Under the pieces are notes generated by a model. It did not search any database and was not told where the DNA came from. It saw only the letters and a list, made by a program, of their open reading frames with translations. A stretch of DNA of 30,543 nt, taken from positions 1-30,543 of the forward strand of contig JBBQPO010000036.1 of the NCBI GenBank assembly GCA_038217285.1, read 5' to 3'. The translations under genes were made by a program, and so were the position numbers. Below, piece after piece: positions 1 to 10,200 of this stretch (position 1 is its first letter; each line of letters begins with the position of its first letter). The DNA comes from Chthonomonadales bacterium (GTDB lineage Bacteria > Armatimonadota > Chthonomonadetes > Chthonomonadales > Chthonomonadaceae).

Positions 1-169
1 GAATTTATAGAGAGTTGGGTACAGCCCGTTCGCTGTTCCAAAGTGCCATAAATTCCTGGCAAAACTTTCGGGAAATGCTTTTTGATCTCATTTGCCTTCG
101 ATTAGGCCGCGTTTGAAGGTTCAATTTAGTCTAAACGTCAATCGGGAAAGGACAAGGTTTAACTTCGCT

Positions 170-667
170 ATGATGAAGAAAGTCGCTAAACCTATATACA
201 TTCCACTTGGGCAGAATTTTCTTGCCGTTACGTTTCTCTTTGCTGCCTGTGCTAAGTGGATACAGTTAGGCGATTTTGTCGGTACATTAACCGCTTCAGG
301 ATTAGTCCCTTTGTCGCTGGCTCCCTTGCTCGCCATGCTAATCGTAGTGTTGGAGTTGTTTGCCGGGATAGGATTGCTTATACGCTCCTTGCGCGTGCAA
401 GCCTTAACTATTCTTCTCGTACTTCTTCCTCTCTTTTTGTTCTATTCGATCTGGAGACAGGTTCAGCATATAGAAGTACCTTGCAACTGCTTCGGCGCCA
501 TATTCAAAATCTCTCCCATGCAATCGATCCTATTTAATATCGGTTTACTGGGTCTAACGGTTTTGCTATTGAAGTCGCAGCGCCACATCCCTATAGACGG
601 GAAACCTGACCAGGGCAATTCGGAGCCTACGCTTGCTGATACGATCCCTGAATCTCAAAAAATGTAG
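170..667 (+). CDS. MauE/DoxX-family redox-associated membrane protein
   Basis: Four hydrophobic segments with F..A...K, 'VVLELFAGIGLL', 'PCNCFG' (MauE-type CGCFG motif) and 'SILFN'. Start placed at ATG 170 rather than TTG 92. Confidence 0.8.
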   Translation: MMKKVAKPIYIPLGQNFLAVTFLFAACAKWIQLGDFVGTLTASGLVPLSLAPLLAMLIVVLELFAGIGLLIRSLRVQALTILLVLLPLFLFYSIWRQVQHIEVPCNCFGAIFKISPMQSILFNIGLLGLTVLLLKSQRHIPIDGKPDQGNSEPTLADTIPESQKM

Positions 668-792
668 AATGCCCTTCCATCAGGCGCGCCCGTCTACGTC
701 AGCCCGGTGATATGGTTGCAGAAAGCTGTTCACACGGTTTCGAGTTTCTAGACAGAACTTGGCGTTGTCGTGCTTGGGAGAGGGAACCGAAC

Positions 793-1632
793 GTGAAAAA
801 ATATACTGTACTACCTGCTGCAATTTCCGTCTGTCTTGCCATGGCGATGTTGGCAGTCTATAGCAATCAATCCCGCTCGCCAAGGATCGAACCCCAGCCG
901 ACTTCTGCACCTATGACAACGCAAGTTGCCGTAATAAATCGTTTCTCGTTCGAGCCGTTGGGAGAGGCCGATGCCAATCTGGAGATCGCGAAACGCTTCA
1001 AAGTCGTGCTGCATACCAAACTGTCCAAACACGAGTACACGCAGCTGATGCAGTCTTTCAGCGCTTTGCTGACCGTCTTTTATAAGCACGACTTTCCGGC
1101 GTTCAAACAGGCGGTCATAGAGCGGCATGGAACGCCTTCGGCAGTTTGGTCGGCAGGCGTCGCATCATTAGGGATATTCCACGAGCCTGATCACCTGCCG
1201 GGGTCAGCGAAATCCCTCTTTAATCTATCGCAACCTTGGCCTCCGAAAGACAACTGGATAACGATCCAAGCATGGTGGGCTGCGCGTTACGATCAAGGGG
1301 GGGTGTGGAAAGGGGTCCAGATGGCCGACGCGCAGATTGAAATCTTAGAGCAGACAGGTGAACCGTCCCGTGCCGACCAGGACGCATTCGCCGCCAAAGT
1401 CGCGAAAGATGCGCCGATCCGTTTGTTTCAAGACAATCATTTCTTTGCTCCGGAACAAGGCAAGGCAAAATACGCCGTCGTCTACTTTGTGGCCGAACAT
1501 CAGGGAGGTGATCCCATATTCCCGCTTTTTCTCTGGTTTAGATGGGATAAGGCGGTAGACAACTGGATTTTGGATAAGGCCGCTCAGTCTTACTCTGCAG
1601 ATAGAAGCAGCCACTGTGATCTCATATTGTGA
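793..1632 (+). CDS. Exported hypothetical protein, paralog of 4922-5719
   Basis: GTG 793 follows GGGAGAGGG and gives MKKYTVLPAAISVCLAMAMLAVY (signal or anchor). Aligns by eye with 4922-5719 (HDF.AFK, WW..RY..GGVWK, KAKYA.VY, RWDKAVDNWILD, HCDL). Confidence 0.8.
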   Translation: MKKYTVLPAAISVCLAMAMLAVYSNQSRSPRIEPQPTSAPMTTQVAVINRFSFEPLGEADANLEIAKRFKVVLHTKLSKHEYTQLMQSFSALLTVFYKHDFPAFKQAVIERHGTPSAVWSAGVASLGIFHEPDHLPGSAKSLFNLSQPWPPKDNWITIQAWWAARYDQGGVWKGVQMADAQIEILEQTGEPSRADQDAFAAKVAKDAPIRLFQDNHFFAPEQGKAKYAVVYFVAEHQGGDPIFPLFLWFRWDKAVDNWILDKAAQSYSADRSSHCDLIL

Positions 1633-1664
1633 GGCTGCCAGACCGCATTTAAGGAAGTATTCTG

Positions 1665-2732
1665 ATGCCAGTACCAGCAAAGCTGACCCTGCCTTTAGCT
1701 ATTATGCTAACCGCTCCTTTCGCAATCGCGGCCTTTCTCGCTGCCACCAGCTTCCACCAGAAACAGGTTCCCGTGGGCGTTCGCAGGAATCTATGGCAGG
1801 ACGGCGTCCTCGCGCGTGGTGAGAGCCGCCGGCACCAAACGGTGCTGTACAATACTACCGATCATCCAGTACACATTGCACACTTCGTCGTTACCCCCGG
1901 TGCTACGTTAGCATTTGAAAAACGTGATATTCCTGCGCACGGAGAGGTGAGCGTCTTTTTCGGTGCCAAGCCGGACAGCAAAGGTAAGAACTGGCTGTGT
2001 GGTTCAGACATCTATCTGGACGGCTACCTGGACCCGATTACCCTGAAAGCTTACGGAAGTATTATTGACCTGGCTCCAGCGGTCGTTGACGCTGGAGAGA
2101 TATACCTCGCGAAGGAAAAACTCCTCTCGTTTCCCTTGCAGTCTCGTAACGGCAACGCTTTGCGTGTATATCGAGCGGTCTACGATGCAAAGCGTCTTGA
2201 GGTTAAAGTAGCCGCTGGTAAGTTGGGGAGCGAGGCGCAAATACGCGTATTGCCGATAGATACTCCAGGGAAATTCGCAGCGACGGTGACGCTCACAACG
2301 GACGATAAGTTGTTTCCCGAAGTCACGACGCAAATTGTTGGACGATGCCTGCCGCATGTTGTCGCGAGTCCCGATATACTCTCGCTGGGTGTGTTCTCCA
2401 GTCTAGAACAGGCCGAAGCGACGATCTCGCTTCGGTCACCATACGGCAAACCATTCACCGTTCGTCGTGTTACTATCGTGCCGGCGGAAGCGTTGCAAGT
2501 CATCGGCCCACCGCATCCTGTGGCTGACGGCTATGCGCTGCGTGTCGCTTTGAAGAACGGTACAGCAGGGATATCGCTCGACGCCAGAGTATTCATCGAG
2601 ATTGTGGTAGACGGCAGTCGGAAGCCAGAGACTGTGAACATTCCCGTCTATGGCCTCTATCTGCCGCTTCAAAAGGAGGCGATCCGAGCTCCAGCAACCC
2701 TGTCCTTCGGCGCATCTCCCAATAACCCATAA
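1665..2732 (+). CDS. DUF1573-like multi-Ig-domain exported protein
   Basis: N-terminal hydrophobic segment. 'LYNTTDHPVHIAHF...IPAHGEVSV' resembles the DUF1573 pattern, followed by beta-rich repeats ('GKFAATVTLTTDD', 'SPDILSLG'). Confidence 0.6.
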   Translation: MPVPAKLTLPLAIMLTAPFAIAAFLAATSFHQKQVPVGVRRNLWQDGVLARGESRRHQTVLYNTTDHPVHIAHFVVTPGATLAFEKRDIPAHGEVSVFFGAKPDSKGKNWLCGSDIYLDGYLDPITLKAYGSIIDLAPAVVDAGEIYLAKEKLLSFPLQSRNGNALRVYRAVYDAKRLEVKVAAGKLGSEAQIRVLPIDTPGKFAATVTLTTDDKLFPEVTTQIVGRCLPHVVASPDILSLGVFSSLEQAEATISLRSPYGKPFTVRRVTIVPAEALQVIGPPHPVADGYALRVALKNGTAGISLDARVFIEIVVDGSRKPETVNIPVYGLYLPLQKEAIRAPATLSFGASPNNP

Positions 2733-2764
2733 ATATGCACCTTCATGTAGAATGGCGGAATACT

Positions 2765-3592
2765 ATGCAGCGAAACGTCAATCGAAGGAGAGTATACGTC
2801 GGCTTTACACTTATCGAGGTGCTCGTCGTCATTGCGGTGATTGCGATCCTTGCGGGGCTGATATTCCCCATGTTCGCCAGCGCACGCGGCAAGGCGCGGG
2901 AAGCAACCTGTCTCTCCAATCAGAAGCAGATACTGCAAGCATTGACGCTGTACACAGGCGACTATGATGAGCATATCTTTCCATCCCAGTCGCTGCCGCC
3001 AATCAACGGAGGCAATGAAATCGCCGAAACGCCCTATGAGACGTTCCTTGTTCCCTATCTAAGAAGTTATGCGGTGTATGCCTGCCCGGCGGACAGTGTG
3101 CTGCGCGTGGACGACCTGCTCTGGGATGGCAGTTTCCGCAACAAACTGCTGAAGCGTTCCTATGCCGTCTCTTCAAGCCTTGCCACACAGCACAGTATGC
3201 TCGACCCCAACGCCGGCATCGTCACCTATGCCGGTGTGGCGCTGTCCGGTATTCACGAGCCAGCCAACACGATCGGTCTCTCAGAAAACTGGGGAGCTCA
3301 ACAGGGAGCGAAGGCTGCGGGAAGCAATAATGTCATCGGTTCTCAGCAGGGTGCCTATATCTATGCCTGTGAAACCTGGGCACTCCCCGGTCGCAATATT
3401 CCACCGCATAACGCTGACGACCTGTTTCCTCCCTGCGCCGACTACTACACCGATCCCATGTACATCCCAGCGCGGGGGCATCAGAAAGGAGGCATCTATG
3501 GCTTCCTGGACGGTCATGTCAAACTCCTCTCCTGGTCGCAAGCAAGGGCCGGAGATTTCTGGTTATTTAAGCGCAGTAAACCCAATCTTTAA
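2765..3592 (+). CDS. Prepilin-type N-terminal cleavage/methylation protein with H-X9-DG C-terminal motif (DUF1559-like)
   Basis: G|FTLIEVLVVIAVIAILAGLIFPMFASARGKAREATCLSNQKQ, Y.CP.D, and H-QKGGIYGFL-DGHVK. Confidence 0.92.
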   Translation: MQRNVNRRRVYVGFTLIEVLVVIAVIAILAGLIFPMFASARGKAREATCLSNQKQILQALTLYTGDYDEHIFPSQSLPPINGGNEIAETPYETFLVPYLRSYAVYACPADSVLRVDDLLWDGSFRNKLLKRSYAVSSSLATQHSMLDPNAGIVTYAGVALSGIHEPANTIGLSENWGAQQGAKAAGSNNVIGSQQGAYIYACETWALPGRNIPPHNADDLFPPCADYYTDPMYIPARGHQKGGIYGFLDGHVKLLSWSQARAGDFWLFKRSKPNL

Positions 3593-3657
3593 GCAGTGTC
3601 ATGTCCGCAGGGTTTTACAGCACGTTTTGGCGCGAATGCGCTGAATATCCCAGTCGA

Positions 3658-3666
3658 AAGGAGGTG
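3658..3666 (+). promoter_or_regulatory. Near-perfect Shine-Dalgarno for the Cys-rich peptide gene
   Basis: AAGGAGGTG ends 6 nt before ATG 3673. Confidence 0.8.
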
Positions 3667-3672
3667 AACAAG

Positions 3673-3897
3673 ATGACAATTTCCAAACGGAGCCGAATGC
3701 TAGGTGGTCTCGCCGCGTTCTGGACAGTGATGGGGGTGGCGGCGGCCACCTATTCCTGGGCAGCGGTGTCTAGTCAGCACTGTCGGGCTGATTGCAGCGG
3801 CGGATCCTGTAGTATCAACTGCAACAATCCGTCGTTCCCGATGTGTGGCTGTGGTTCTGACGGCGTACCGCACTGCGTATGCCAGCCGGGCCCATAA
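3673..3897 (+). CDS. Small secreted cysteine-rich peptide (74 aa; about 44-aa mature part with 8 Cys)
   Basis: Strong RBS. Sec-like signal MTISKRSRMLGGLAAFWTVMGVAAATYSWA, then AVSSQHCRADCSGGSCSINCNNPSFPMCGCGSDGVPHCVCQPGP. Confidence 0.85.
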   Translation: MTISKRSRMLGGLAAFWTVMGVAAATYSWAAVSSQHCRADCSGGSCSINCNNPSFPMCGCGSDGVPHCVCQPGP

Positions 3898-4039
3898 CTG
3901 TAGCCATACTGGCTCACAGCGACTACGGTGAAATAATCTACTGTATCCGCACGAATGTGCAACAGCGGATCGGGGAGCGCCTCCGATGTAAGCGTTCCCT
4001 ATCCGTCTTTAAAAGACGCGCCGCACCTGCTAAATATAA

Positions 4040-4909
4040 ATGCTTTCTCGCTTCCGACAAATCACCCATATACGACTATGGCTGCCAGTCTTGGCGGTAG
4101 GTGTCATTCTCCTGATGCTGGCCTTGGCGCTGCGAAAGTATCAGGGTGGGTCTCACACGCGCCACTGTCTTTCCAACCTCCACCAGCTTGGGCAAAGTCT
4201 GGCTCTCTACGCACAAGATTACGACCAGTGCTGGCCTGCTATCACTCACAGTCCTGCGATCCGCGGTGGGATCCTCTCCGGGACCGAAACGCCCACCGTT
4301 CCATATACATTTCAGCTCGAACCCTATATACATGACGAATCGCTCTATGCCTGTCCGGAGGACAATGTGCCGCGCAAAGAAGGGGAGCTATGGGATGGGC
4401 GCTATAAAGGAAAGCTTTTGAAGCGGTCCTATGCGCTGACAGGCCCCATCGTCACCCAGCAGGCCGCTGGTGCTGCCGGCCAAGATAAGAGTACCAGTGC
4501 CTTTGAGTATGTGGCCTATCAACAAAAGAAATACGACCGCAACACAGGCATCGCAGGACGCTCATTCGCCAGTGCAGACAATCCCGCCCAAACGATCGCT
4601 CTGGTGGAGAATTGGGGCTACCGCAACAGTGTGCTGGATGGTGAACTAAGTAATGCTGTCCTGGGATCTAACTGGAAGGATGTCCTCTTTGGCTGTGATA
4701 CCGCCTCTCTGCCCGGACGCCGTATTCCAGCGGAAAACGAGGTAGATCGGTTCGCGCCCTGCACATCGGTTTATGATGACCAGCATAACATCCCCGCGCA
4801 GGGACATGCAGATGTCGGAAACTATCTCATGGCGGACGGGCACGTCGAGTCGCTGCAATGGACGCAGGCGCGTGAAGCAGATTTTCAGCGATTCAAGCTT
4901 CATAAGTGA
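4040..4909 (+). CDS. H-X9-DG C-terminal motif protein (DUF1559-like) lacking the prepilin cleavage site; paralog of 2765-3592
   Basis: TM segment, then CLSNLHQLGQSLALYAQDYD, LYACPED, LWDG..K.KLLKRSYA, ENWG, and H-ADVGNYLMA-DGHVE. Confidence 0.88.
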   Translation: MLSRFRQITHIRLWLPVLAVGVILLMLALALRKYQGGSHTRHCLSNLHQLGQSLALYAQDYDQCWPAITHSPAIRGGILSGTETPTVPYTFQLEPYIHDESLYACPEDNVPRKEGELWDGRYKGKLLKRSYALTGPIVTQQAAGAAGQDKSTSAFEYVAYQQKKYDRNTGIAGRSFASADNPAQTIALVENWGYRNSVLDGELSNAVLGSNWKDVLFGCDTASLPGRRIPAENEVDRFAPCTSVYDDQHNIPAQGHADVGNYLMADGHVESLQWTQAREADFQRFKLHK

Positions 4910-4921
4910 GGAGAACAGTCC

Positions 4922-5719
4922 ATGTATCGAAACCCTCTGAGACAGAACAGCCAGGCTGTTTTTATTGTCAGCCTGCTGTGTGCGCTGGGTTTTGCACAAA
5001 GCACGGCGGGCCAACACTTGGCTCCGAAGCCTCTGATTCCATTGGGAACACCAGCGCAGAACCGAGTATTCATCAATCGCCTGAAAACCGTTTCCAAAGT
5101 TTCCCTGACCCCGCATGAGCAGGCCCGGTTGAAGCAGACGCTCTCCGAAGTTCTGACCCTGTATACCACACATGATTTTGACGCTTTCAAGCGATTCATG
5201 ACCTCTCGCAAAGGTGTACCAGAGGCGCAGTGGGTGAAAGGCATCCGCACGGTTCCCATCGTGCGGGATCGGGAAAAGCAACCCGCACCCGCCCGCAATC
5301 TGATCGCGCGCCTTCACTCCTGGCCTGCCGTGAGTGACTGGGACACCCTCCACGTTTGGTGGGTGGGAAGATACGCTGCAGGCGGCGTCTGGAAAAGCGC
5401 AGATGTGACAAGCGCTTTTTTACAAGTCTATGAGCGAGCGGAAGAGCCGGACGAAGACGAAGCCCGCATGATCGCCCCTAGAGCGTTTTCCAATCCGAGC
5501 AAGAGCATGATGTTTCAAATTAATCACTTCTTTCCATCGGCCACCACCAAGGCGAAATACGCGGCGGTTTACGTTGTAGCGCAGCCTCAAGGCAGCGATC
5601 CGGTTTTCCCCCGACTTATCTGGCTGCGCTGGGATAAGGCTGTGGATAATTGGATTTTAGACCGGGGGGCGCAACCTTACACGGGTGAACGCAGTGCGCA
5701 CTGTGACCTCCTGTTTTAA
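4922..5719 (+). CDS. Exported hypothetical protein, paralog of 793-1632
   Basis: GAGGAG RBS and signal-like AVFIVSLLCALGFAQSTA. Shares blocks with 793-1632, including RWDKAVDNWILD and terminal HCDLLF. Confidence 0.82.
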   Translation: MYRNPLRQNSQAVFIVSLLCALGFAQSTAGQHLAPKPLIPLGTPAQNRVFINRLKTVSKVSLTPHEQARLKQTLSEVLTLYTTHDFDAFKRFMTSRKGVPEAQWVKGIRTVPIVRDREKQPAPARNLIARLHSWPAVSDWDTLHVWWVGRYAAGGVWKSADVTSAFLQVYERAEEPDEDEARMIAPRAFSNPSKSMMFQINHFFPSATTKAKYAAVYVVAQPQGSDPVFPRLIWLRWDKAVDNWILDRGAQPYTGERSAHCDLLF

Positions 5720-5760
5720 GAGCACCCCGAATTGAGGCCCGTTTGCGGGCGGGGGGTTTG

Positions 5761-7233
<1,473 letters not shown>

Positions 7234-7259
7234 CGTCCATTACTCCTACAGGTCGGCTG

Positions 7260-10200
7260 TCAGCCTTTGGTGATCGTTTCGTCCAGATTGAGCAGGACAC
7301 TGGCGACGGTCGTCCAGGCGGCCAGATCCGTGGTGTCCAGCGAAGCGTCCCGCGCCGATTCGCCGATGGCGAGCAGTTGCTTTGCGCCGGGCGGGTCGCG
7401 GCGGAAGACCACCGCCTGCCGGTTGAACAGCCCGAGCATGGTTTCGATCTCGGCGGCCCTCGGTTTGCGCCCCATCGCCAGTCGATAGGCGTAGGCGATA
7501 TGCTGTTCCGGAGTCGTGCCTCCCTCTTTCATGATGCGTTCGGCGAGCTTACGGGACGCCTCCACATAGGTCGGGTCGTTCATCAGTGTGAGGGCCTGGA
7601 GAGGCGTGTTGGTGACAGAGCGACGCACCAGACAGAACTCGCGCTCCGGCGCATCGAACGCCTGCAGGGAGGGCGGCGGACAGGTACGCTTCCAGAAGGT
7701 GTACATGCCGCGCCGATAGAGGTTTTCGCCGTGATCCTGCACATAGGTCTGCGCAGAGAAGCTGCCGCCGAAGGCGAGCTCTTCCCACAGTCCGGCGGGC
7801 TGATAAGGGTGTACGGACGGCCCGCCGACCTTCTCCACCAGCAGTCCACTGACCGCCAGCGCCTGATCGCGGACGAACTCGCCCTGGAGTCGGAACCGCG
7901 CTCCCCGTGCCAGCAGCCGGTTCTCCGGGTCGCGCTCTTTCAGGGCGGGCGTCACTTTGGAAGACTGTCGGTAGGTCGCCGAGGTGACGATCAGCCGCAG
8001 CAGCGCCTTCGTATCCCAGCCAGTACGAATGAATTCGGTGGCCAGCCAGTCGAAAAGCTCCGGATGGGAGGGCCGTTCGCCCTGCGTTCCGAAATCCTCC
8101 GCCGTCTTGACGAGTCCCGTCCCAAACAGCATCTGCCAGGTGCGATTGACGGCGACGCGGGCGGTCAGCGGGTGCGAGGGATCGACCAGCCAGCGCGCCA
8201 TGGTCAGACGATTCGCCGGGCCGGGCGGCAGCGGCGGCAGGAAGTCCGGCGTACCGGCGAATACCTTCTCGCCGGGCTTGTCGTACTGCCCGCGTTGCAG
8301 AATGAAGGTGTCACGCGGCTTGTCCATCTCCTGCATCACCATGGTGGTCGGAATGGATTTATCGATGACATCCCGCGCGCTCTGCGCGGCAGCAAGATCG
8401 GCGCTGAGGCGGCGATACGGCTCGTCCTGGGCGCTGAGATAGTAGGTTGCCAGCCGGGTGCGCTGTTCCGGTGTGCGCTTCTCTTCAGAGGTAGCGAGAA
8501 CCTGGCGCAGGGTGTCGAAATCCGCGATCTGCTGCACCTCGTCCGCGCTGACCTGACGCCGGTAGATACGAATCGCCTCGATCATTCCCTTGAAGGGGGC
8601 CGCAATACTGCGCCTGCCAATACGCAGCGGAACCGTTGTTTGAATCGAGCCAGTCAGAGAGTCGTGGGTCATGTCCAGCGGGGCAGGTTTGCCGTTGACA
8701 TAGATCGTGATGCCCTTCGCCTTGCTGGAGCCATCGTAGGTAACGAAGAGATGCGTCCATTTGTTGGCTTCGAGGACCGGCTTCGTGTTGACGCGGATCG
8801 CGTTCTTGTCCCAGGCATGAATCAGGTGTACATACACCTGACCACCGCTGATATAGAGGTCGAAACCGCGAAAGTCGGCACTGTCGTCCATGCGGGAGAG
8901 CACCGTCATCGCCTCCGTAGAGGCGGGATTTACCCATGCGCCATAAGAAAATTTATCGCTGCGCTCGAACCCGATTTTGGTCCCGAGGTCGGCGGTGGTA
9001 GCGCCATCGAGCGCCAACACCGGCCCGAACCGACCCGGCGACCAGGCTGGCTTGCCCGTGAGGGCGACGACAGGGATCGTGCCGGAGGTGTCGTGAAGAT
9101 CTGCGCCCTGTCCCTCGTTCAGACGATAGTACGCCGCCAGTCCATTCGTCACGGGAGCCATCGCGTCCGGAGTGACTGTCATCGCCTTCATCCAGGCGGC
9201 AAGCGCGGGCTGCGCTTCGGCAGTCCGGGTCTTCAGGGCCTGTTGTGCGGCTGCGAGTTTCCCCTCCGCCGCTTCCAGTTGCGCCTTCTGAGCGGCGTCC
9301 GGCGCTTTCAAAAAGGGAACGGCATTGCCTGCCGAGCCATCCAGCCCCTGCTCCGATACGTTGTGGAAGAGCGCGAAGAAACGGTAGTAGTCCTTCTGGG
9401 TGACCGGATCGTACTTGTGGTCGTGGCACTGCGCGCAGCGCATGGTCAGGCCCATAAAGGCGGTCGCGGTCGTGTCGATGCGATCAACGATATAGGCGGT
9501 GGCATACTCTTCAGGAATCGCGCCGCCCTCGAAGTTGATGGGATGATTACGGTTGAACCCGGAGGCGATGCGCTGATCGAGCGTGGGGTTCGGCAGAAGA
9601 TCGCCCGCCAACTGCTGCACGACGAACTGGTCGTAGGAGAGGTTTTTGTTGTACGCCTCGATGACCCATTCGCGCCACCGCCACATATCGCGCTGGCTGT
9701 CGATATGAAAGCCGTGCGTGTCGGCATAGCGGGCGAGATCGAGCCAGGAGACCGCCATGCGCTCGCCATAATGGGGACTTGCCAGCAGCCGATCCACAAC
9801 CCTGTCATAGGCGTCCTTACCGGCGTCATGGACGAAGGCGTCTACTTCCGCCGGGGTTGGCGGCAGTCCGGTCAGGTCGAAACTCAGGCGGCGAATCAGG
9901 ATACCGCGCTCCGCTTCCGGAGAGGGTTTCAGGCCCTCCTTCTCCAGACGCGCCAGGATAAAACGGTCGAGTGGATTTTTCGCCCAGGCTGTATTCCGAA
10001 CCGTCGGTACGGCAGGACGCTTCGGCGTGACAAATGCCCAGTGGGCATCGTATTTGCCTCCCTGCATGATCCACTGCTTCAGGACGACGATCTGCGCGGG
10101 CGTCAGTTTTTTGCCGGTGCTGACCGGCGGCATGTGCAGCGCCCCACCTGCCAGCACCCGCTGCATGAGGGCGCTAGCGCCGGGGTTCCCCGCGACGATC

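Noticed and set aside
1-116. 3' end of an upstream gene
   Set aside because: Two frames are open briefly, but neither has a recognisable motif.
170-3897. Methylamine dehydrogenase (mau) cluster
   Set aside because: No MauB, MauD or MauG is present. The mature Cys-rich peptide is too short and has no Trp for a TTQ cofactor.
3673-3897. Lanthipeptide, ranthipeptide or thiopeptide precursor
   Set aside because: It has a Sec-like hydrophobic signal rather than a RiPP leader, and no modifying enzyme lies in the window. Genes upstream of base 1 cannot be excluded.
5737-5750. Terminator between the convergent genes
   Set aside because: Only a 5-bp stem (GCCCG/CGGGC) with no adjacent U-tract on either strand, which is too weak to call.
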